This document shows, one piece after another, positions 57,054 to 64,000 of a DNA stretch of 64,000 bases; positions within the stretch are counted from its first letter, which is position 1, and every line of letters begins with the position of its first letter. This DNA comes from a virus: positions 1 to 64,000 of the IMG/VR virus record IMGVR_UViG_3300031999_000008, one strand, 5' to 3'. A program made the position numbers and the translations under genes. The notes under the pieces are model-generated. The model was not told where the DNA came from, ran no database searches, and worked only from the letters and a program-made list of their open reading frames with translations.

Positions 57054-57525
57054 ATGTGTCTTCATTGACCTGAACGATTCCGGGACACTCTTCGAGACCA
57101 CAGCGGTAGTTGAGCGTTACTGTTTCACGTAGGTCCTCCGTTAAGAGATCCAGAACTTCCACGTCCATACCGCCTACCATGACGTTGTGTATCTGCTCAG
57201 ATAGAGCGAGTTGCTCCCGTACAAAATTAGTTCTGTTTTTACAGATAGGACAGATTACGGGAACGACTCGCCCCGTCATGGACTTTTCCCATCGCGTCGC
57301 AGGTTCTGCAAACGCCGCTGCCGTATTAGCTTCTACTTGCGTGACGTGCTTCTGACAGCTCTCACAGCGGAACATCTTCTGTGATTCAAAAGTATCCTCG
57401 TGCTTCAAATCTAAAAAAGAAAAGTCATCGGAGTAAGGTGCTCCCTGTTGGGAATACACATAACACCCAACGATGCGCAGTTCTTTTGAGTAACAATGCG
57501 GACATTGAACTTGGTCAGTAGGCAT
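57034..57525 (-). CDS. Double Zn-ribbon protein
   Basis: CPHC, CESC, CPIC, C..C. Confidence 0.7.
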   Translation of the reverse strand: MPTDQVQCPHCYSKELRIVGCYVYSQQGAPYSDDFSFLDLKHEDTFESQKMFRCESCQKHVTQVEANTAAAFAEPATRWEKSMTGRVVPVICPICKNRTNFVREQLALSEQIHNVMVGGMDVEVLDLLTEDLRETVTLNYRCGLEECPGIVQVNEDTFKVSPL

Positions 57526-57583
57526 CCTGCCTTAATACGCGACGCTTATAGTTTTGCAAAGTAAAAACGCGATATCTAGCGCC

Positions 57584-57925
57584 TCAGTCGCACGCAAGAC
57601 CCCTGCGCTCCCATTCGGGCAAGAACACGTCCGTGAAGATGAAAGACGCATCCATAGTGACTCCTTCCGTACGAAGGTACGTATATACCCCTTGCGCCCC
57701 CTTACGGACATACGCTTCGGCCATCGCGTGATAGTCAAAATCTATGTGGGATGTATTCGACTCGGGTTCTGCATCCAACGTCCGTAACGCATAGACAAAT
57801 TCAGTATCGGCCAAAAGTATATCGACCGCTGCGCGTATAATACCGTCCATCAGGTCATGCGCTGTTCTGCACAATAATTTTTCTACTTCGGTATACTGCT
57901 TCGTCCGCATACGTGTATGGCGCAC
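57584..57925 (-). CDS. Hypothetical early protein
   Basis: GAGGA RBS before GTG. Confidence 0.6.
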   Translation of the reverse strand: MRHTRMRTKQYTEVEKLLCRTAHDLMDGIIRAAVDILLADTEFVYALRTLDAEPESNTSHIDFDYHAMAEAYVRKGAQGVYTYLRTEGVTMDASFIFTDVFLPEWERRGLACD

Positions 57926-57945
57926 AAATCCTCTCAGGGCTAAAG

Positions 57946-57967
57946 GGAAAAAGCACGTTAGTGCTTT
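57946..57967 (-). terminator. Small terminator hairpin
   Basis: AAAGCAC-gtta-GTGCTTT with T-run on the minus strand. Confidence 0.45.
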
Positions 57968-57997
57968 CTCAACCGAGTTGTACTCCGTCTAGAAATA

Positions 57998-58579
57998 CTA
58001 CCCCGCGTTGATCGCGGGGTTCAACTGCAACAACAACTGTTGGAGCGGCTCCAGCTCCTTGCGGATCTGGCGGTGCAGGTCTTTCGCCTGCCGCTCCAAG
58101 GCGCGGCTCATCTCACGACGCATCTCTGCGCGAAAGGCCACGAGCTCGGGGGCTGCCGTGGTTTCCGCCGGTACTTCCGGAGCGTCCGCGGTTTCGGCAA
58201 GCTCCGCCGAGTCCACGGTCCCCGTCTTCACCGACTTCTTCCACTTCTTGTAGACGGCGCGCATCTCTGATTCGAAGTCGTTGGACCCGTCATCCGTCGA
58301 TGCCGAAAGCGCGGGCACCAGAGACAGGTGTCCAGTGCCGGAGCGCCGCTGCACTGCGGCCATCACACTCGCCTTGACCTCCTCCGCGATCTTCGGTCCC
58401 CTCACTGCGATCTCCTTCTGGATCTTCTTCTGTGCTTTCTTTTTGAATTTCTTCTTCAGCTTCTTGGCCTCCGCGTCGTAGTCCGGCGCAGCGTCCGTAA
58501 ACTTGTTGACCACAACGTCAACCACCTTGATCGCAACCGCAGTGCCGACTGCAACCCCTACCATTTCGGTTAGTCCCAT
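57998..58579 (-). CDS. Early protein with N-terminal hydrophobic anchor and coiled coil
   Basis: AAGGAG RBS; own promoter. Confidence 0.75.
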   Translation of the reverse strand: MGLTEMVGVAVGTAVAIKVVDVVVNKFTDAAPDYDAEAKKLKKKFKKKAQKKIQKEIAVRGPKIAEEVKASVMAAVQRRSGTGHLSLVPALSASTDDGSNDFESEMRAVYKKWKKSVKTGTVDSAELAETADAPEVPAETTAAPELVAFRAEMRREMSRALERQAKDLHRQIRKELEPLQQLLLQLNPAINAG

Positions 58580-58622
58580 AACTTCTCCTTTTGAATCGAG
58601 GCTATAAATGCCTCACACTATA

Positions 58623-58647
58623 TTATACCCTTAAAAGGGGGTATTTT
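58623..58647 (-). promoter_or_regulatory. Early-type promoter AAAA-N14-GGTATAA
   Basis: Recurrent motif upstream of minus-strand units. Confidence 0.65.
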
Positions 58648-58719
58648 ACGTACCCCTAAAGAATACACACTCCGCGGTAAAGCGAAATGTGTATTTCGTT
58701 CGGAGATCCGTATACGGAC

Positions 58720-59232
58720 TCAGAACTTGTCGACGATTCGACAGAGACGCTTGTTCTCCAGAGTGAGCGCCCTAGAAACCTCCATCTCTACGAGCTCTTC
58801 GAGGGCCATCTCGCCCGCAAGTTGGACAGCAGCGGCGCGGCGTGCCGATTCTCGGTACGCTTCCGGCACGTCCTCGAACTCACTTTCATAAGTATCGTAA
58901 GCTCTCCCCAGGGCTTTGTCCCATACCGCGTCCTGCTCAGTCTCGATCTCCGACGCCGCCTCTGTCATCCATCGCTGGACGAGGGCATCGGCACGGACAC
59001 CGCGCGCAAGCTCTTTTTCTCGGCGCTCCCGCGCCTTGCGCCCGGCGGGCGTCTCCCCGCTGAGCTGGAGCTCCGCGAGCTTGCGCTTCTTCTTACGATT
59101 CTTATTCCGAGACTGTACGTCCGCAGCGTAGGTCTCAGAGTTGCAGTGTGAGGTGTACGCGCCCATCACGACAGCGCCAGTCATAGCAGCTATCGCAACA
59201 GGCACTACGAGTGCCACAGCTTCCAATGCCAT
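58720..59232 (-). CDS. Early protein with N-terminal TM/signal and coiled coil
   Basis: AAGGAAG RBS; own promoter. Confidence 0.75.
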   Translation of the reverse strand: MALEAVALVVPVAIAAMTGAVVMGAYTSHCNSETYAADVQSRNKNRKKKRKLAELQLSGETPAGRKARERREKELARGVRADALVQRWMTEAASEIETEQDAVWDKALGRAYDTYESEFEDVPEAYRESARRAAAVQLAGEMALEELVEMEVSRALTLENKRLCRIVDKF

Positions 59233-59276
59233 ATGTTCTTCCTTTTTTTAGAGCCAACTAATTGAACTCTATATAT

Positions 59277-59302
59277 TTATACCATTTTTATGGTTGGTTT
59301 TT
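59277..59302 (-). promoter_or_regulatory. Early-type promoter AAAAA-N14-GGTATAA
   Basis: Recurrent motif. Confidence 0.65.
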
Positions 59303-59328
59303 GAGTGCGCACAAGGCACTATGGCAGG

Positions 59329-59499
59329 ATGCCCAAGAACTCCTGGACCCGCCAACCGCCTATTCTTCGGTTGTTTGTGTTTCTCGAAGAGACCAAGTTA
59401 CTAGCTAAGCGCGATGCGGTAAATGCGCAGCTTGCGCGTGCTAAGGTACTCTTAGAAACCCAACTTCAAGCAATGAAAAATACTCAAAATGGCAAATAG
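59329..59499 (+). CDS. Small coiled-coil protein
   Basis: Overlaps the start of 59489. Confidence 0.5.
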   Translation: MPKNSWTRQPPILRLFVFLEETKLLAKRDAVNAQLARAKVLLETQLQAMKNTQNGK

Positions 59500-61282
59500 C
59501 TGGCATGAATTAGACGCGGGTCGCCTCCTCCCCAAAGCAGTACGGGATGCACTGCTACAGGCCGGTAAGGCACAAGATGCGGTTACCAATGCGCTCGCCG
59601 TTCTAGAACTTGCGTTAGAAATCGCAGCAGCCGTTGCGGGACTAGCTTCGCAAGACCCTATTGAAGCAGTACTCCGCGAAGCCATTGCCCAAGCAGAGGC
59701 TTTCTTAGACGGTTTGATCGGTAAGACTACCGCACACGGCATTATGATCCCCATTCAGAAACAGTACTTCGGTATTGGGGATCCTATCCCGCCGGGTAAC
59801 ATCGATACGACGACGGTCAATCCTGCGTACAATGACTTATTACGAAGCGGATCTATCCCCGTCATCAAAGACGGGGTTATCGCGCCGGAGACTATCAGTT
59901 TTATTAACTCCAATGCATACACTGTTGGAGGTAATCAAGGCTATTACCGCACACTTATTCAATCGATTCAAGATTCGGGAGACTTTGCAAAACCAGACTT
60001 CCCGTCGAATTACGCCGTTGCCGGCGTAAGTGTTATTTTCGGGTCAAAGAGCCTTACGGATATCTACCGGATTATAGCGTTGATCAACAAATTCTTACAT
60101 TTAGGATTACGTGCGGATATGGGCGCGGGCAGCCAACCGCTGCCTCCCAATCTAACCTACCGTATCGCGCCTATTCCGACAGAAGGTAGAATTGGTGTTC
60201 AATTAGACTGGACGCCGCTACCCCTGTTTCAGGTAAAGCCTTTATTTAGCCTTGAAAAGGCGCATATACGCGAAATATTCGTGGTTCGCTCCACTACACC
60301 GAACTTTAGAGAAGCGTTCGCGTGGGGTAAAGTATTTCCTGCAGAACCTACCGCGTCTCAAGGCAATCTGCCTTCAACCCCGGATACCAAGGTAATCGCG
60401 CGTCTCACCAACGATGGCTTTATCAAACGGTATATAGATAAAGACAGTACCTTAAAAATAGGCGTGGCCTATTACTATGCACTGGCCATCCGGTACACCA
60501 TCGACGGTGTCGTCCAGCCTATGAGCAATTTCTCCAACGTGGTACGTGTTTTCTACAATGCCCGTCCGGGTAGCTCCCGTGGCGGTGTACCTCCTGATTG
60601 GTACGCTACCGCGTCGCTCGCGCAGATGTTCCCCCTACTCCAAGACCTTGTAAGTAAACTGAAACTGCTACTAGAAGGATTGTTAACACGCAGCGCTTCA
60701 AACAGCGGCATCGCGCAGATGCTTAAACAAACCGTACAGCAAATAAAGCAACTCGTAGAGCAAGCAGAACTGATAAACGCCGACCTCGCGCGCCTGCGTG
60801 CACTACTAAATGATTTAGCAAATGCTGACGTAGGCGGTATTTACACGACAAGTTTCAGTGTTAAAACCGGAGGCATCCTAGCTTGGACCTCTGAGCTTGC
60901 TGTGCGCATGTCCAATCCTGAAGAAACGCACAGGCCCCCTTTTTCGGGTGGCGACTTAACGGCAGGGTTTGTGCTAGTTGCAGGCGCCCCCAATTTACCC
61001 CAATTAGCAGGATTCGTTGCGCTCATGGACTTACTTTTCGGGTCGTCCGAAGCGAACCCAATCAACAAAGCATTAGACGTTCTCGGAACGCCTACCATAG
61101 GCAGAACCGGCGTAGTTTTCAACGAACGAATGACACCCTCCGACGCGCCAGGGTCTACCCCCCCAGCCGGTACTGGTGCGCCAGCAGTGGACGCTACTGT
61201 GATCGTTGTGCCAGCTACCGTAGCCCCGACGCCCGTATTCGATACTAAAATGCAGCCGTCTTCAACGTTACCTGACTGTTAA
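59489..61282 (+). CDS. Putative baseplate/tail-associated protein (coiled coils + FN3-like domain)
   Basis: 597 aa; YIDKD..G..YYYAL FN3 pattern. Confidence 0.65.
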   Translation: MANSWHELDAGRLLPKAVRDALLQAGKAQDAVTNALAVLELALEIAAAVAGLASQDPIEAVLREAIAQAEAFLDGLIGKTTAHGIMIPIQKQYFGIGDPIPPGNIDTTTVNPAYNDLLRSGSIPVIKDGVIAPETISFINSNAYTVGGNQGYYRTLIQSIQDSGDFAKPDFPSNYAVAGVSVIFGSKSLTDIYRIIALINKFLHLGLRADMGAGSQPLPPNLTYRIAPIPTEGRIGVQLDWTPLPLFQVKPLFSLEKAHIREIFVVRSTTPNFREAFAWGKVFPAEPTASQGNLPSTPDTKVIARLTNDGFIKRYIDKDSTLKIGVAYYYALAIRYTIDGVVQPMSNFSNVVRVFYNARPGSSRGGVPPDWYATASLAQMFPLLQDLVSKLKLLLEGLLTRSASNSGIAQMLKQTVQQIKQLVEQAELINADLARLRALLNDLANADVGGIYTTSFSVKTGGILAWTSELAVRMSNPEETHRPPFSGGDLTAGFVLVAGAPNLPQLAGFVALMDLLFGSSEANPINKALDVLGTPTIGRTGVVFNERMTPSDAPGSTPPAGTGAPAVDATVIVVPATVAPTPVFDTKMQPSSTLPDC

Positions 61283-61325
61283 AGCCGTTCAAATACACTA
61301 AAATAGCCACAGCTAGGAGACTCTG

Positions 61326-61715
61326 ATGCCCAATTTAACAGTTTCGGCCACGCTGACCTACGGCGATACAACCCCCGACGGGGCCGTGCCTTGTCGCGAG
61401 CCCTTGTCGTTCACGCTCGCCTATACAGAAGCATCGATCAAGACAGTCCAGATTGCGGCTAGTACGACCGACTTCCCCATCTTGGTAGATACTGTGGGCG
61501 CCCCTAAGTTTATCTTTGCCAAGTCAGAGGCTACCGACGTAACGGTAAAACTGTCTGATGGGATCGTAGCAACCCCCACACCGACGAGCCTTTCTGTGGA
61601 TGGTGGTTGGATCATGCTTGCTAACCCTAACGGCCAAGCAATCAAAAGCTTGCTCGTAACAACACCCGCTTCTCCTGCCAGCGGTGCACGTGTTAAGGTG
61701 ATAGCCTTCGAGTAA
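61326..61715 (+). CDS. Beta-rich virion protein
   Basis: AGGAG RBS. Confidence 0.65.
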   Translation: MPNLTVSATLTYGDTTPDGAVPCREPLSFTLAYTEASIKTVQIAASTTDFPILVDTVGAPKFIFAKSEATDVTVKLSDGIVATPTPTSLSVDGGWIMLANPNGQAIKSLLVTTPASPASGARVKVIAFE

Positions 61716-62008
61716 TGGAAAACGCGCTCACAGTGATTCTGCAACAAGGTCCGCTCGGCGCGATCACTGTCCTGTTCATTTATTTGTATTTAGCCGAACG
61801 TAGCAAGAATTCAGACTTGCAAGTCACGGTCGCGGAAATACATAAACATAACTATGAAACTCTAGATAAGGTTCGTGAGAGCCAAATCCGTAGAGAACAG
61901 GAAGTTGCCGCGACTCTAGAGGAGTACGGCAAGGGCGTCATTCAAGCCGTACACCATTCGACAGTGGTGTCCGAGGAATTACGGAGGCTTCACAATGTCC
62001 GCAAGTAG
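61715..62008 (+). CDS. BhlA/UviB-like holin
   Basis: QQGPLGAITVLFIYLYL single TM followed by coiled coil. Confidence 0.6.
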   Translation: MENALTVILQQGPLGAITVLFIYLYLAERSKNSDLQVTVAEIHKHNYETLDKVRESQIRREQEVAATLEEYGKGVIQAVHHSTVVSEELRRLHNVRK

Positions 62009-62300
62009 CCTAGAAGCGAAGAGCACCTCTGAGCTAGAGATCCTGAATAAACAGCTCGCTCAGACGCAAGCGCGTCAAATAAACAAAGAACTGACGCGCT
62101 TAAAGCGTGTGTCCGACCACACTGCTACAAAAGCGCCTACCGAAGCCGACAAGACCGGTCAATTCATCGTAGTGCCCCTCAATACCGTCCAAGGGGACAC
62201 TATTGAGAAAGCCCACGGCGAGGCCGTAAAAACGTGCACTGATAGCGGCATTGAAATGGATAAAGCTAAAAAAAGAAAGAAGTGGTTTAAGTGGGGTTAG
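61995..62300 (+). CDS. Hypothetical protein with basic C-terminus
   Basis: GGAGG RBS, coupled to the holin. Confidence 0.6.
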   Translation: MSASSLEAKSTSELEILNKQLAQTQARQINKELTRLKRVSDHTATKAPTEADKTGQFIVVPLNTVQGDTIEKAHGEAVKTCTDSGIEMDKAKKRKKWFKWG

Positions 62301-62623
62301 CTGATTGTACCGGTGCCTGTACCTGACCCGGTTCCAGTTCCCGTAAGTGGGACTGTAGCGAGAGGCGCCAGCGTCGCAGCAAACGGCGTTACTGGATCCC
62401 GCTGAAGACCTGCTGTAGACGTAGTCACGTTAGTCGTTGTACTGATCGTATCGACTGTGACATTTACATTTACAGTGGCGTTCGCCTGTATATGCGTGAC
62501 GATGGCATCAGCCAACGCGTCGGCTAACTTTCGAAGAGAGGGACGTCCTTTCTTAGGCGTCTTAAACGTCGTATTTATGTTGGCATAAATAAGATCGGAT
62601 AACCCAGTCTTCGAAAGTGCCAT
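62297..62623 (-). CDS. Hypothetical, spike-associated-like protein
   Basis: LADALADAI..I helix and GTGTG tail. Confidence 0.6.
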   Translation of the reverse strand: MALSKTGLSDLIYANINTTFKTPKKGRPSLRKLADALADAIVTHIQANATVNVNVTVDTISTTTNVTTSTAGLQRDPVTPFAATLAPLATVPLTGTGTGSGTGTGTIS

Positions 62624-62628
62624 AGCCT

Positions 62629-62904
62629 TTACCCTGATTTCTTCGGCGTGTACATCGACACCTGGGATCCTTTTTTCTCAGCAGGGCGATTACCGTGCGT
62701 ATGCACGTACCCTGCTTTGAATTGTTTAGATCCCGGATACGACATTACTATAGTGTGGGGCAACACGCATGAGCTCGGCAACTTCGCAAAGTGCTTAGTG
62801 TGCTTGCACTCAGGACAGACTTCGGGCTTACCGTCTGAACCTTCGACGTAGTCATCGAATACGTGCCCGCAGTTGCCGCATTCGAAATCGTAGTGCTTTA
62901 GCAT
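62629..62904 (-). CDS. FmdB-family zinc-ribbon protein
   Basis: YDFECGNCGHVF..CPEC. Confidence 0.8.
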   Translation of the reverse strand: MLKHYDFECGNCGHVFDDYVEGSDGKPEVCPECKHTKHFAKLPSSCVLPHTIVMSYPGSKQFKAGYVHTHGNRPAEKKGSQVSMYTPKKSG

Positions 62905-63315
62905 TTATGTACGACTTCGCCGAGGTTTGATGTCGCCAACGGGGTGATCGTCTTCGTCTGTGAACCGCTGGCGGCTGTCCATCTCGTCTTGTTTCGACTC
63001 ACGGATCGAAAGGTATTTATCGCCTATTTCACGCAGTAGATCTGCAGCATCGTGTACATTGTACACGTTTAAAAAAGGTTGAATATCGATGATCTGACCA
63101 TTGTCATCGATTTTGGCAGTACCAATCTTAAAGGAGTACTTGGGCACGGGCAGGGGTAATTCATTGACCTCCACAACCACACTGCCCTTTAGTTTCTTCT
63201 CTACGGGCCTCCACGGGATCTTCGTGGCATTAGGATTAAATCGGGGTTTACGACCGGAATTGCTATTACTGTACATGGATTGGGGAAACTCCAAAATGAT
63301 TTTACGTTGAAGCAT
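62905..63315 (-). CDS. Hypothetical protein
   Basis: 136-aa ORF downstream of tRNA-Lys. Confidence 0.65.
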   Translation of the reverse strand: MLQRKIILEFPQSMYSNSNSGRKPRFNPNATKIPWRPVEKKLKGSVVVEVNELPLPVPKYSFKIGTAKIDDNGQIIDIQPFLNVYNVHDAADLLREIGDKYLSIRESKQDEMDSRQRFTDEDDHPVGDIKPRRSRT

Positions 63316-63336
63316 GTTTACTCAGACTATACATAG

Positions 63337-63408
63337 TGGGTCCGGCGGAAGTCGAATCCGCAATAAACAGGTTAAAAGCCTGCTGTCCTACCGTTGGACT
63401 ACGGACCC
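63337..63408 (-). tRNA. tRNA-Lys (TTT), CCA not encoded
   Basis: GGGTCCG acceptor stem, anticodon arm CAGG-CTTTTAA-CCTG, T-arm GCGGA-TTCGACT-TCCGC. Confidence 0.9.
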
Positions 63409-63493
63409 ATAACTATACAGGACTAAATAATACGGACACGTAAGAACAGTCAATAGTGTAACTCTAGGTTACTACTGGCCTTACGTTTAGCAA

Positions 63494-63652
63494 CTACTGC
63501 CAGGTTCCGCGATTGCCTTTGACCGCAGACTTACGGTCTTTCTTGTTACCGTGACACCAGCGGTGCACCGTGTCAGCAATGCCGTGTGCTTCTGCTTTAC
63601 ATTTGGTGCAGGACACAGCCTTGGCACCACTCGGACGAGATGACTTTCCCAT
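63494..63652 (-). CDS. 52-aa basic Zn-binding microprotein (absent from the ORF track)
   Basis: MGKSSRPSGAKAVSCTKCKAEAHGIADTVHRWCHGNKK...; GGAG RBS. Confidence 0.6.
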   Translation of the reverse strand: MGKSSRPSGAKAVSCTKCKAEAHGIADTVHRWCHGNKKDRKSAVKGNRGTWQ

Positions 63653-63679
63653 TAATAAATCTCCGAATTAAAGAAACGG

Positions 63680-63751
63680 TGGGCCTACTTGGACTCGAAC
63701 CAAGAACGTTCCACTTATGAGGTGGGGGCTCGACCATTGAGCTATAGGCCC
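63680..63751 (-). tRNA. tRNA with CAT anticodon, probably Ile2 (lysidine) rather than Met
   Basis: GGGCCTA acceptor stem with C4-G69/C5-G68, CCAC-CTCATAA-GTGG, GTTCGAGTC. Confidence 0.88.
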
Positions 63752-63788
63752 TTCACAACTGAAAAGCAGACGCTTTGCTGCTATACTC

Positions 63789-63812
63789 TTATACCGAATT
63801 TTTGTTTCTTTT
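63789..63812 (-). promoter_or_regulatory. Early-type promoter AAAA-N13-GGTATAA driving the tRNA unit
   Basis: Recurrent motif. Confidence 0.65.
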
Positions 63813-64000
63813 CATAACTCGGCGTCATCACCATCTTCAACGACAACGGGCTCTTCGTCGTCCTCTTCATCGTCTTCGGACGCCAGTCGCGTCACGCGTA
63901 TGATAAACGCGTTGCCGTCTTCATCTTCACATTCGAGAGACGCAAAGTCTTTTTTAACTTTAGGCGTCGTGTCAATACTAACTTTATCTTCGAGTGCCTC
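63812..64000 (-). CDS. Partial acidic protein (start lies beyond the window)
   Basis: Open 63 codons ending ..EDDEEDDEEPVVVEDGDDAEL*. Confidence 0.6.
   Translation of the reverse strand, partial: EALEDKVSIDTTPKVKKDFASLECEDEDGNAFIIRVTRLASEDDEEDDEEPVVVEDGDDAEL

Noticed and set aside
61276-61304. Late promoter CTGTTA-N17-TAAAAT
   Set aside because: The -35 match is too weak to call
1-64000. Stop-codon reassignment, introns or inteins
   Set aside because: Core genes are full length in the standard code, TAG/TGA/TAA all terminate genes, and no splice or intein motifs were recognised; the beta' split has proper start and stop codons with genes in between

Overview
This is a 64-kb internal segment of a large tailed-phage genome (contractile tail, standard genetic code, host unknown). 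Genes are partitioned by strand. The + strand carries virion and late functions: GpA-type terminase, portal, a multisubunit RNA polymerase (beta fused to the N-terminal half of beta', plus a separate beta' C-terminal half), a block of inner-head proteins, prohead protease, scaffolds, capsid, neck, sheath, tube, spike and holins, plus a sigma70-family factor. The - strand carries replication and early functions: MoxR AAA ATPase, UDG-like/PolA, primase-helicase, two PD-(D/E)XK nucleases, SSB, ParB, SNF2 helicase and two tRNAs. The most striking signal is a probable virion cargo-loading and maturation system. About 15 proteins are saturated with K-x-A/G sites (candidate prohead-protease cuts), and several otherwise unrelated proteins share an N-terminal Y-x2-G-x3-A-...-K-x-[AG] leader fused to variable payloads such as glycine zippers. 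One cargo slot behind the RNAP gene holds two alternative alleles in tandem, with a fossil copy of a related phage's RNAP 3' end at the junction. Two promoter classes and a structured ~135-nt RNA with an anti-Shine-Dalgarno loop are also visible. All functional calls come from motif recognition by eye; no database search was run.
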